IMG/VR virus record: IMGVR_UViG_3300021963_000034
Span: 89,556 to 153,555 of that record
DNA: 64,000 nucleotides
Direction: 5' to 3' (one strand)
DNA from: a virus
The position numbers and the translations under genes were made by a program. This document shows positions 1-9,843 of the stretch, piece by piece (position 1 is the stretch's first letter; each line of letters begins with the position of its first letter). The notes under the pieces were generated by a model. It searched no databases. It was not told where the DNA came from and was given only the letters and a program-made list of their open reading frames with translations.

Positions 1-555
1 TATACAATCATCTTTGATGAGTGTTATGGAAAGCAGAAAGATACATTTCTCAAAAATGAGAATGCAGTAACTATTAATTGTGGTAAAGAAAGTGAAAGTT
101 TCTGTAAGACACTGGACCACATTCTTTCACAAGACTTTGATGATGATACAATCATTTATTTCCTTGAAGATGATTATGTACATCGTCCAAACTGGGATAG
201 AGCCCTCATAGATGGATTTACTCTACCTGTTCAGTATGTAACCTTATATGATCACGGAGATAAGTATCAGGAGATGTATAAGGACTTTATGACGAAAGTT
301 CTTGCAACAAAATATTCTCACTGGATGCCAACTCCATCAACTACAAATACCTTTGCAATGAAGTTCAAGACACTCAAAGAAGATAAAGAAGTTCATAAAC
401 ACTTCTCAACTGGTTTTGAACCTTCCGCAGATCACGGTAAATTTTTAGAACTACATAAGAGAGGAAGAAATTTAATTTCAAGTATTCCTGGTTATTCTAC
501 ACACGCACATAAAGACTTTTTATCACCTTGTATTGATTGGAGCACATATCTATGA
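1..555 (+). CDS. GT-A fold glycosyltransferase-like protein (5' truncated by window)
   Basis: Frame 1 is open from base 1 (YTIIFDECYG...IIYFLEDDYVHRPNW...) into the tracked 274..555 ORF; FLEDD is a DxD-like motif. Confidence 0.65.
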   Translation, partial: YTIIFDECYGKQKDTFLKNENAVTINCGKESESFCKTLDHILSQDFDDDTIIYFLEDDYVHRPNWDRALIDGFTLPVQYVTLYDHGDKYQEMYKDFMTKVLATKYSHWMPTPSTTNTFAMKFKTLKEDKEVHKHFSTGFEPSADHGKFLELHKRGRNLISSIPGYSTHAHKDFLSPCIDWSTYL

Positions 556-1517
556 GAGTAACACTATATGCTATTGCAAAGAACGAAGAAAAGAATATTA
601 AAAAATTTCTTAAAAACTCAAAGAAGTTTGACGATGTAGTTGTAGTTGATACTGGAAGCACAGACAACACCGTTCAACTACTCAAAGATGCTGGCATTAA
701 AGTCTATGAGCATCCACAAACAAGAGAAGAGTTTGATTTTTCAGTAGCACGAAATCAGGCACTTTCTTATGTAGAAACTGATTGGGCTTTTGCACTTGAC
801 TTTAATGAAGATGTAGATGAGTTTTATCCAGAAGGATTTGGTGTAATTGCGGATGAGTTCACTACTTTTAATCATTTGAGATTTGATGATAATGGAAAGG
901 ATGAACCAGTCCAATCAAATGAGGTTCACACAAGGTTTCATAGGACAAAGAATTATACTTGGATCAATGCAGTTCACGAAGTTCCAAACTTTGTTCCAAC
1001 AGAAGAATATTTAAATCCATCAAGTGTAGATACAACGATTAAGATTACTAAAAAAATTCATAAGACCATAGACAAAGAACTTTTTTACTTCTCAATTTGT
1101 GAAAGAGAACACAAGAAAGATCCATCCAACTGGTATTGGATTTGGTTTATTTTCAATCATTATTTTAATGTGAATAATACAGAGAAAGCACTTGAATATG
1201 GTCAAGAATTTTTGAATGTTTCTAAACCATATTTTGATAGTTTTAGAATCATTGCTTTTATTCGTTGCAGTCAAATTCTACTTTCTATCGGAGATACTCA
1301 AAGAGGAATGAATTATGCTTTCCATGCATTGAGTGAAGCAATGAATATGGGAGGACATCATTTAACCCAAGCCTTTAGTTATTTCTTTGAACTTTCTAAA
1401 ATGATGAATAATTCAGATTTAATTGTTTTTGCAACTGCATTCAATCCAGAAACTTTAACATCTGAAGAAAGAATAAAAGCAATTAAAAATTTATATAATA
1501 ATATTGAAAGGGATTGA
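552..1517 (+). CDS. GT2-family glycosyltransferase with C-terminal TPR-like helices
   Basis: AIAKNEE, VVVDTGSTDNT, DFSVARNQAL, WAFALDFNE motifs; ATG at 552 overlaps the upstream TGA. Confidence 0.85.
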   Translation: MRVTLYAIAKNEEKNIKKFLKNSKKFDDVVVVDTGSTDNTVQLLKDAGIKVYEHPQTREEFDFSVARNQALSYVETDWAFALDFNEDVDEFYPEGFGVIADEFTTFNHLRFDDNGKDEPVQSNEVHTRFHRTKNYTWINAVHEVPNFVPTEEYLNPSSVDTTIKITKKIHKTIDKELFYFSICEREHKKDPSNWYWIWFIFNHYFNVNNTEKALEYGQEFLNVSKPYFDSFRIIAFIRCSQILLSIGDTQRGMNYAFHALSEAMNMGGHHLTQAFSYFFELSKMMNNSDLIVFATAFNPETLTSEERIKAIKNLYNNIERD

Positions 1518-1519
1518 AT

Positions 1520-2389
1520 ATGAAATCAATATGTTTTTTCACAAATGGTCATAATGGAGATATTGTTCACAGCAAATCTTTCATTCAAGAAATAACAAAA
1601 CAACTTGATATACCTTGTCTCTATCATCATCATAATAATTTTAAAGTTAGTCAAGATCTTTTAGCGATTTCAACACAAATTGCTCCAAATAATTATTATG
1701 ATAAGTTCATAGAAACTCCAAGTATTTTTTTCGTTAACACTTGGTTATGGCCATATCTGCTTGATAAATCTTTTGAAGATGTAAATCTCGAAACCAACTA
1801 TGCGATTTATAAAAATATTTGTGAGGTTATAAATTCTAAGTTTAATACAAATATAAAATTAAAAGAAATTGAAAATTACTTTCCTTTTATAAATTTTGAT
1901 TTAGTTCAAAGAGAAAATATAAATGACTATGTTTTAAATAATAAAAATAAGAAAGTTTTATTGTGTAATGGTCCTTGTTTATCTGGACAATCTTCTTATA
2001 ATGAAGATATGTCATCTATTATTGAAAATCTATCTCTGGAATATAAAAATATTACATTTATAGCAACTCAAAAATTTAATACTACCACAAATAATATTCA
2101 TTTTACTGATGATATTATTAAAATAAAAGGGTGTGACTTGAATGAAATTGGATATCTATCTACTTTTTGTAGTTTGATTGTTGGTAAAAATTCAGGACCA
2201 TTTTGTTATTCTACAACCAAAGATAATTATAATGATCCCGATAAAATTTTTTATGCATTTGGGCAAAGGAAGGGTGATTGTTTTCATGGAAATATCAAAA
2301 TAAAAGCAAAATTTTATTTTGATGGAGCATCTAATGATGTTATGTTGTATAATTCTATAAATTCTATTATCGAAAAAAATTTAATATGA
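1520..2389 (+). CDS. putative GT-B fold glycosyltransferase-like protein
   Basis: N-terminal GHNGDIV and C-terminal LIVGKNSGPF resemble GT9-like motifs; very AT-rich. Confidence 0.45.
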   Translation: MKSICFFTNGHNGDIVHSKSFIQEITKQLDIPCLYHHHNNFKVSQDLLAISTQIAPNNYYDKFIETPSIFFVNTWLWPYLLDKSFEDVNLETNYAIYKNICEVINSKFNTNIKLKEIENYFPFINFDLVQRENINDYVLNNKNKKVLLCNGPCLSGQSSYNEDMSSIIENLSLEYKNITFIATQKFNTTTNNIHFTDDIIKIKGCDLNEIGYLSTFCSLIVGKNSGPFCYSTTKDNYNDPDKIFYAFGQRKGDCFHGNIKIKAKFYFDGASNDVMLYNSINSIIEKNLI

Positions 2390-2745
2390 AAATTTCAATC
2401 CCAGTATCAGTAGGTGAACTGTTTGATAAGATTTCTATTTTAGAAATCAAAGCATTTCTCACAGACGATGAATATGTTCATAAGGAACTTGAAGACCTAA
2501 ATCAAATCAAAATATTGGCAAGCACTCAATATACTTTGGAGTACGAAGTTCAATTGAAAAAGGTCAACGAAAAATTATGGAAGATTGAGGACAAACTCAG
2601 AAAACTGGAAAAAGAACAACGGTTTGATGATGAATTTATAGAACTTGCTCGTAGTGTTTATATTACAAATGATGAGCGGGCAAGGATTAAATCAAAAATT
2701 AATGAAATAACTAACTCACCTTATAGAGAAATTAAATTGTATTGA
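2386..2745 (+). CDS. DUF6165-like protein
   Basis: IPVSVGELFDKISILEIK...LWKIED...FIELARSVYITNDERARIK. Confidence 0.75.
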   Translation: MKISIPVSVGELFDKISILEIKAFLTDDEYVHKELEDLNQIKILASTQYTLEYEVQLKKVNEKLWKIEDKLRKLEKEQRFDDEFIELARSVYITNDERARIKSKINEITNSPYREIKLY

Positions 2746-2747
2746 TT

Positions 2748-2915
2748 ATGAAACGTGCTCTTATTACTGGTGGTGCTGGATTTATTGCACATCACTTAAA
2801 TGGTGACAAAATGAAGCAACTGGGTTGGGTTCCTGCAAAATCTGTAAGAGAACGCATCACCAAAGTCGTAAAGTGGACTCTTGAAAATGAAAGGTGGATT
2901 ACAAACTTAAGTTAA
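2748..2915 (+). pseudogene. internally deleted NAD-dependent NDP-sugar epimerase/dehydratase (RfbB-like)
   Basis: 55-codon ORF MKRALITGGAGFIAHH|LNGDKMKQLGWVPAKSVRERITKVVKWTLENERW: Rossmann N-terminus fused to the typical C-terminus. Confidence 0.8.
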
Positions 2916-2918
2916 AAG

Positions 2919-2925
2919 ATAAATA
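2919..2925 (+). promoter_or_regulatory. T4-type late promoter (ATAAATA)
   Basis: gATAAATActtaaaa about 20 bp upstream of ATG 2946. Confidence 0.6.
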
Positions 2926-2945
2926 CTTAAAAATACCCAAGAAAA

Positions 2946-3281
2946 ATGGCAGTTGCTGAGATTACAAATATAGTCATTGAGAAGGGAACTCACTTTGAGG
3001 CAACTTTTAATCTTTTTGATCCTGACCAATCTGCTTCAGTTTTAACTGGACTCACAACAACTTATGCATCTATTCGTAAACACGTAACATCCACTTCTTA
3101 TGAAGAATTTGCAAAAACAATTACTTCTGGTAATGGAACCATAAAATTAACATTAACACCAGAACAAACTGCTAACCTGAGTCAGGGAAGAAATTATTTT
3201 GATGTTGTGCTTACTTTGAATGGAAAGAGAATTAAAGTTATAAAAGGTACTGCCATGGTAGAGGAGAGTGTATCAGTATGA
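2946..3281 (+). CDS. small virion/tail-associated structural protein
   Basis: NIVIEKGTHFEATFNL...GRNYFDVVL...GTAMV beta-sandwich pattern; late promoter; precedes fibre genes. Confidence 0.55.
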   Translation: MAVAEITNIVIEKGTHFEATFNLFDPDQSASVLTGLTTTYASIRKHVTSTSYEEFAKTITSGNGTIKLTLTPEQTANLSQGRNYFDVVLTLNGKRIKVIKGTAMVEESVSV

Positions 3282-3583
3282 CTTATAACGTCAAGTTATC
3301 TCAACAAAATTACAAAGTAAGTCTTTCATCTAAGATAGAGATCATGCCACAAAATTTAAACGAATTAACCGATGTAGAAATTAGTGGTAATAAAGATAAG
3401 TATGTTCTAATGTATGATGCTGCTTCTGGTAAGTGGAAGGATGTAAATCCAGATGAGGTCTTTAATGCAGCAGCATCTACAGAAACAACACAACCAGGTT
3501 TTGTTGGTTATGCAACTGCCTTCCTAGATCGTGTAGATGTTGACCTAGATAATAAAATTAATCTTGATGGTGGAACATTTTAA
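3278..3583 (+). CDS. tail-fibre-associated hypothetical protein
   Basis: LNELTDV...YVLMYDAASGKW and terminal LDGGTF typical of fibre modules. Confidence 0.55.
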   Translation: MTYNVKLSQQNYKVSLSSKIEIMPQNLNELTDVEISGNKDKYVLMYDAASGKWKDVNPDEVFNAAASTETTQPGFVGYATAFLDRVDVDLDNKINLDGGTF

Positions 3584-3628
3584 GTATTCTAAATAATATT
3601 AATTAGGAAACTGCATAAAGGTATTCGG

Positions 3629-6457
3629 ATGGCTTCACCAATCTTACAGTTTAAGCGTGGTAATATTGGGGCAGCGGCAACTATTCCTGCTCTTCGTCCA
3701 GGTGAACCTGCATTAACACTTGACAAATATGATTTATTCGTAGGACTTAATACTTCTGTTCAAGGAAATAAATTCTTCGGTTCTCATCGTTATTGGGGAA
3801 GAGAAGATTCAAGCACTTCCCTCCGTTTAAATCTTGTCGATAAAGACGGAACAAATCACATTTCTTTCAAAGCACCAAATACACTTTCTGGAATTACAAC
3901 TTATACATTTCCAGAAAATCCTCTTGGTTCATATTTTTTAAAAACAAATCCAAACGGCGAACTTAGTTGGTCTAATCAATTTCCAAGCGTATCTGTATCT
4001 GGAGTTGTAACAGCATCAAACTATTATGGCGAAGGTGGTGCATTAACTCTAGGAACTCCAACTGATTCGAGTATTACTAATAGTGGAGCACTTAATACAT
4101 TCACTACATCAACAAAAATAGTTGATAGTATTGATGACTTGAATGAACTTGCGTTCAATATTATAAAAAATACTGCAGTTACAAATGTAGATTTTTCTGC
4201 TAATACTGTCGCAGGAGGTTCTCCACTGGCAGTTACATTAACTGTTACTAGTTCTGGAAATCCTAATCGCTATGATGTTGATTGGGGAGATGGAACTACA
4301 ACTTCAGACTATAATTCTTCTTCTATTCCACATACATATAGCAATTCCAGTGGTGGATTATATTCAATTACACTGACTGCAAAAAATAACACAGGTGTAG
4401 GCGCAGGAAGTTCATTTACAACCTCCAAGTCCGACTACATTACTTTATATACACCAAATCCTGTAGTTGGATTTTCGTTGTATAGAAATTCTAGTGGTGG
4501 AAGTGCTCTCTCAGGAAATGACCTATATGTGGTTGAGGGGCAATCTTTATACTTAGATAACAATACAACAAATACAAACGGCGCAACTGTCAACTATACG
4601 ATGAGTTGGGGCGATGGATCATCAAATGATTCAATTGCAAATGATTCCGCTTCTGGTGGTGCGGGAGCGGGAGCAGCAAGACTTCAGCATACTTGGAGTC
4701 AAGGAACAAATAGTTCAACTACTACAGATACACTTACACTAACTCTAAACGCACATAATACTGCAAATCCAGGTGTTATTCCTGCTACAGGTACAGTAGC
4801 ACTCAAAGTTTATGATGATGCTCCAGCAGCACCTAATGGATTAAGCAGCAAAACTCTACCAAATGTTACTAGCGTAGGTACAAGTCCAAAACTTGCTTAT
4901 GGGTTTACCGATAATACTGGTGGTGCAGTTTTAAGTGCAGGAAATGATGTCAATCGTGTAACAAGTGGAAGTGCAGAAGCAGGTCCAATTAGTACATTTG
5001 CTTATAATGCAAATAGTGGAACTCTTACTGCAAATGTAAATGGTTCTTCAGATGGTTCAACAACATTAACAAGTGGCGATGATTCTGGAACTTATACAAG
5101 TCTGGTAATTACATCTGAAAGCGATTATCAGTTACTAGATTCAACAGGAGCAACAACTACCTTTGCTGCAAGTACCTACTATCCCGGATTATACAAAGGA
5201 TTTAAAGCAAAAGTTTCTAAGTTGGTTTCAAATCTGAATACTGGTTTAAACAGTATGCAGTTACTTCATAGTGTTACTGGTAACACTAACACTGTAGAAT
5301 TTGTTAAAGATGATATAACAGCAACACCTACGGTTAGTGTTGCTAGTGCTACTTTATCCGAAAACGTTGCTGGTACTTATCGTTATATTTCAGGTGTTCC
5401 ATATTATAATACAGGATCTCCAAGTTTAACACTCTCTGGAGTAACAGTTACAAATCTAGTTGGGCAAACTTATACCAATCAGTTAAATATTGTAGAAGTT
5501 GATAGTGGTACAAATCAAGAAGGAACTTCTAGTGCTGGCACAACTGATAGTGATTACACCTACTCGCAGATAAATGGTTCTTCGAGTATGCTGACTGGTG
5601 GAATTCCAAATGCAAATACTGGAACTTCATCTGCATATACATTAGGTAACTTAACTGTTCCTATCACATCTTCAAGTGTGAGAACAATTGACAGAGTGAA
5701 AGTTCGTGCTAGAAATGTAAACGGAATTAGTGGATATGCCAGCGATGTTGCTACTAATATTCAAGTTCACACTGCAGCACAGAGTGGAATTAGTGAAATT
5801 GCAATTTCCGTTTCTAGTAGTCTAGGTAATGGAACTTATACTGACAACGGTAAGAGAATTTATGATTTTGGACCTGGAATTACTACGGATACTCCGTCAT
5901 ATAATAGTTCAACTAATTTCTATACCAATAACCCATACTCTGAAGGTTCTGCACCTACAGGAATTACTACAACTAGAGAAGCAGTTGTAAGACTTGGAAA
6001 TATTACTCACAACCAGGTAAATTATTCAACTGGATATCTACCCATTGGTCCAAATTTTTCATCTAACAGAAGTGGAACCCAATATTTTACTTTTGCATTT
6101 AGAAGACAAGCAGTTGCTAACATTAATGTTAATATTACATCTTCTGGTATTACTGGACTTTGGATTGCTGCACCTGGTACAAGTATAGATAGTACTAGCA
6201 CTCTTAATGGTTGGTTAAGAGCGGATACGGTTTATGCAGGTTCGGGTGTACCTGGCGCAAATACTGGAGCAGGTGGTAATGGTAGTAATGGTTGTGCGGA
6301 TACCCCTGGTGATGTTATATCTTCTGGAACCTCTTTGAGTGGAAGTTATACTTTAACCCTTGGTAGTGAAAACTTAAGTAATGCTACTGGTAATGTTCTT
6401 TTAGTCAGAATCGCACTCGCTTCTGGTCAATCAGTAACAAGCCTTAGCATAACATAA
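3629..6457 (+). CDS. PKD-domain virion/tail-fibre protein
   Basis: N-terminal ILQFKRG...LRPGEPAL fibre attachment motif; two PKD-like repeats (DWGDG...HTY, SWGDG...HTW); S/T/G rich. Confidence 0.75.
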   Translation: MASPILQFKRGNIGAAATIPALRPGEPALTLDKYDLFVGLNTSVQGNKFFGSHRYWGREDSSTSLRLNLVDKDGTNHISFKAPNTLSGITTYTFPENPLGSYFLKTNPNGELSWSNQFPSVSVSGVVTASNYYGEGGALTLGTPTDSSITNSGALNTFTTSTKIVDSIDDLNELAFNIIKNTAVTNVDFSANTVAGGSPLAVTLTVTSSGNPNRYDVDWGDGTTTSDYNSSSIPHTYSNSSGGLYSITLTAKNNTGVGAGSSFTTSKSDYITLYTPNPVVGFSLYRNSSGGSALSGNDLYVVEGQSLYLDNNTTNTNGATVNYTMSWGDGSSNDSIANDSASGGAGAGAARLQHTWSQGTNSSTTTDTLTLTLNAHNTANPGVIPATGTVALKVYDDAPAAPNGLSSKTLPNVTSVGTSPKLAYGFTDNTGGAVLSAGNDVNRVTSGSAEAGPISTFAYNANSGTLTANVNGSSDGSTTLTSGDDSGTYTSLVITSESDYQLLDSTGATTTFAASTYYPGLYKGFKAKVSKLVSNLNTGLNSMQLLHSVTGNTNTVEFVKDDITATPTVSVASATLSENVAGTYRYISGVPYYNTGSPSLTLSGVTVTNLVGQTYTNQLNIVEVDSGTNQEGTSSAGTTDSDYTYSQINGSSSMLTGGIPNANTGTSSAYTLGNLTVPITSSSVRTIDRVKVRARNVNGISGYASDVATNIQVHTAAQSGISEIAISVSSSLGNGTYTDNGKRIYDFGPGITTDTPSYNSSTNFYTNNPYSEGSAPTGITTTREAVVRLGNITHNQVNYSTGYLPIGPNFSSNRSGTQYFTFAFRRQAVANINVNITSSGITGLWIAAPGTSIDSTSTLNGWLRADTVYAGSGVPGANTGAGGNGSNGCADTPGDVISSGTSLSGSYTLTLGSENLSNATGNVLLVRIALASGQSVTSLSIT

Positions 6458-6473
6458 GGAGAATTTAGACAAA

Positions 6474-9400
6474 ATGGCAATCACAGACACTCAAAAGGTT
6501 GATTATCTCTGGAAGAAAATTGGTTATGGTAGGGCAAAAACTGATACCGGCACCCTAAAACCAGCAACTAACGAATCCATAGCGAGTCCACTACTTCTCC
6601 GTGGAGATAAAATTTGGGCTCAATCGGATTTAGTGCCTGGAGTAATTCCGGGAAGTACTTCTGGAGTTGTTACAGTATATCCTACAACAAATCCAGTAGA
6701 ATGTACTGTAGATATTACTTCATCCGTTAATAGAACCTGGAAAACAAATATTACGGATTGGATTCCACCAGAAATTGGTTCTACTTACTTAGTAAAAGTA
6801 TATTTACACACTCCAGGTAATGCTGCAACTGCTGCTTCTAGTGGAACTCAAATATATGGCGCAGGCTCTGGAAATGATGATGAATGGTTCTTTGATTATC
6901 AGTCAGGAACACTAAACTTTATCGGCGCAAACTTACCAAGTGGAATTTCTGGTAAGAGTGTCTATGTTAGTGGTGCAGTTTATACTGGTATTTTAGGTGT
7001 TTCTGTTCCCGGTTCTCAAGCATCATTTACGGATTTATTTGTAACTGGGATCTCAACACTTACTGGATTACTTGATGCTAATGGTGGCGCAGAGATTAAA
7101 AATATAAGAATTGGCGTATCTACAAATAATGAAATTGATACTTCTGTCGGAAATCTGATATTAGATTCTGCCACAGGATTTACTGCAATTGATGATGCAT
7201 TAAATGTATCAGGAATCTCCACATTTGTTGGAGTTGGTACATTCTTAAGTGACCTTTATGTTGGAGGAAACTTCGGAGTACAAGGTTACAGTGAATTTGT
7301 TGGTGTTGTAACCTTTAAGAGTGGATTAATTAATCTTGGAGATGACACTGGAGATAATATTAATGTTGGTGGTGAGTTTACTTCAGGGTTATATCCAAAT
7401 GCATCAAATACTTATGATTTAGGTGATGGTACAAGGCAGTGGAGACATACAAGTTTTGCTGGTATAGGTACATTTGATGGTGGAATAGACGCAAGTAATA
7501 TAAGAATTGGCGCTGATGATACAAATAAGATTACAACCTCATCAGGAAATCTTATTCTTGACCCTGCAGGTAGCGTAATTATTCAAGATAATACTATCAT
7601 TCAGAATGATTTAACGGTAAATGGTAATGTAACTATTGGCGGAACTACCGTTACATTGTTGGGACAAGATGTTTATATTGAAAACAAAGATATTGTTCTC
7701 GGATATACAACTTCAATCACACCATCCGATACCACAGCAAATCATGCTGGTGTATCTATTGCATCAACAGTAGGAACTCCACTTGCTTCATTTGCTGCTT
7801 CTGGAATCAACACACTTCCAGATACTTATAAGCAAATGATGTGGTTCAAGAGTGGAACTCTTGGATTCTCAACTGATGCATTTGCCTTTAACTATGGTGT
7901 TGCGATTGGCACCACTCAAATGGCAAATGGTGTCCGTCTTGCTGTTGGTTCAGGTGTTACCGTAAGTGATACTTCAGTAAGTGCAACAACTTTCTATGGT
8001 TCTTTAGTTGGTAACGTATCCTCTGCAGACCAGATTAAGACTATTACTGCATCAAATAATAATGCAAATTATTATTTGACATTCGTAGATGCAAATAATG
8101 GTTCTGCAACAAATGAATCAATTTATACTGATGATGCAATTTATTATAATCCAAACACCAATAAACTCACTACACAACATGCTGAGTTCACTGGTAATGT
8201 ATTGGTAAGTGGAATTACTACCCTTGCAGGAAATATAAACTTAGGTGATGCTGGAGGAGATGTAATAACTGTTGTTGGAGTTACAACATTTACAACATCC
8301 AATGTTTATATTAATAATCAACTCAATGTTGGCACCATCCAAATGGGTGGAAGTGCCACAATTACTGGAGATGATGTATCTGCAAGACATTTAAATCTTT
8401 CAGGTATTACTACGGTTGCTGGTTTAATTGATGGTAATGGTGGCGCAAATATTTCTGGTGGAGAAGCAATACTTTCATCTGCAACAGTTTCGGATTTAAC
8501 TTCTGGAAGAGTTATTCTTGCAGGAACTTCTGGATCACTTGAAGATAGTTCAAATCTCACCTTCAGTTCAGGTGGTTTAATCGTTGGTTCTGGTGGAATT
8601 AATGTAACAGGAGTTTCAACATTCTCCACTGATTTAGTTGTTGGTGGTGATATTCGTCTTAATGGAAATGATATTAAAGCAAGTGACGGAAGTACAAATA
8701 TTACATTAACTTCCAATACATTAACTACATTTGCTGGTGATATTAAAGTTACTGGTATTGCAACAATTGGAACTGGAGTTGGTGTTACTCAATTCTCATC
8801 TGCAGTTGGTTCTGGAACTTCAACTTCATCAGTTCCCACATCATCTGCAATCATTGATTATGTTGATGCAGAAATTGGAGCAATTAATCTAACTCTTGGA
8901 CTAAATGCTGATAGTGGTGGTCCAAGCACACTCAATACATCACAAACTTTAGTTATCAGTGGAACTGCTAATGAAGTTGAAACCTCAGTATCTTCACAAA
9001 CAATTACTGTTGGTCTTCCCAACGCAGTTGTTGTTGGAACTTCTTTAAGTGCTCCAACTATAAAAACTACCACTATTCAGTCGTCTAATACAGGTGCAAC
9101 TGCAATTACCATTGCTGCGAATGATGTTACGATTGCCGATGACTTAACAGTTCAGGGTAACTTATATGTAAATGGAAGTACAACCCAAGTTAATACTGCT
9201 TCCCTTACTGTAGAAGATCGTACCATTCAACTTGGTATTGTTGATGGTGCAGCACCATCAACTGCAACAACTTGGGACCTTGGAGTTCTCTTCAACTATT
9301 ATACTGATAGCGCAAAGCAATCTGCAGTTGTATGGGAACACGGAGACGGAAGATTTAAGTTTGGTTCTGTAATCAGTGATGGTGGTGGAACTGGAGTTAA

Positions 9401-9548
9401 TAATCCACAAATCACAGTTTCTACTTTTGCTCCTATTGAAATCGGTTCACTTTGGGTAAATGATTGTGCTGGACAATCTCAAGTTATTTCTTGTACTGGT
9501 TCCACAAGATACTTAGAGAACATTACTATTGATGCTGGTGTCTTTTAA
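6474..9548 (+). CDS. long tail fibre-like protein
   Basis: G/S/T-rich beta repeats (VSGISTF, VGVVTF), LTVQGNLYVNGSTTQVNT module, terminal IDAGVF. Confidence 0.75.
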   Translation: MAITDTQKVDYLWKKIGYGRAKTDTGTLKPATNESIASPLLLRGDKIWAQSDLVPGVIPGSTSGVVTVYPTTNPVECTVDITSSVNRTWKTNITDWIPPEIGSTYLVKVYLHTPGNAATAASSGTQIYGAGSGNDDEWFFDYQSGTLNFIGANLPSGISGKSVYVSGAVYTGILGVSVPGSQASFTDLFVTGISTLTGLLDANGGAEIKNIRIGVSTNNEIDTSVGNLILDSATGFTAIDDALNVSGISTFVGVGTFLSDLYVGGNFGVQGYSEFVGVVTFKSGLINLGDDTGDNINVGGEFTSGLYPNASNTYDLGDGTRQWRHTSFAGIGTFDGGIDASNIRIGADDTNKITTSSGNLILDPAGSVIIQDNTIIQNDLTVNGNVTIGGTTVTLLGQDVYIENKDIVLGYTTSITPSDTTANHAGVSIASTVGTPLASFAASGINTLPDTYKQMMWFKSGTLGFSTDAFAFNYGVAIGTTQMANGVRLAVGSGVTVSDTSVSATTFYGSLVGNVSSADQIKTITASNNNANYYLTFVDANNGSATNESIYTDDAIYYNPNTNKLTTQHAEFTGNVLVSGITTLAGNINLGDAGGDVITVVGVTTFTTSNVYINNQLNVGTIQMGGSATITGDDVSARHLNLSGITTVAGLIDGNGGANISGGEAILSSATVSDLTSGRVILAGTSGSLEDSSNLTFSSGGLIVGSGGINVTGVSTFSTDLVVGGDIRLNGNDIKASDGSTNITLTSNTLTTFAGDIKVTGIATIGTGVGVTQFSSAVGSGTSTSSVPTSSAIIDYVDAEIGAINLTLGLNADSGGPSTLNTSQTLVISGTANEVETSVSSQTITVGLPNAVVVGTSLSAPTIKTTTIQSSNTGATAITIAANDVTIADDLTVQGNLYVNGSTTQVNTASLTVEDRTIQLGIVDGAAPSTATTWDLGVLFNYYTDSAKQSAVVWEHGDGRFKFGSVISDGGGTGVNNPQITVSTFAPIEIGSLWVNDCAGQSQVISCTGSTRYLENITIDAGVF

Positions 9549-9568
9549 AGAATAATTTTATAATTCAT

Positions 9569-9600
9569 AAATACACCCAGGAAACTGGGTGTATTTTTTT
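9569..9600 (+). terminator. hairpin plus T-tract overlapping a late promoter
   Basis: aaatacacccag-gaaa-ctgggtgtattt followed by a T run; ATAAATA at the 5' side. Confidence 0.65.
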
Positions 9601-9789
9601 ATGTCTGAAGATGACTTAAAAGCAGTACTTGCAAAATATCAACAAAAGGCATTTGATTTGTTTAATCGAAATATTGTATTGGAAACTCAAGTAGAAACAC
9701 TTACAGCAACTGTTAATGCTTTAAGTATTGAATTAGAAAAATTAAGAAAACCAAAAAGAAGTTCAAAAGTAGAGGCAGATTTTTCATAA
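9601..9789 (+). CDS. small coiled-coil protein (possible fibre assembly factor)
   Basis: heptad pattern LETQVETLTATVNALSIELEKL; lies between fibre genes. Confidence 0.55.
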   Translation: MSEDDLKAVLAKYQQKAFDLFNRNIVLETQVETLTATVNALSIELEKLRKPKRSSKVEADFS

Positions 9790-9843
9790 ATACCTAAGAT
9801 TCTTATATAAGAATCTTTAAGGTCCCTACCAGTATGCGAATAA

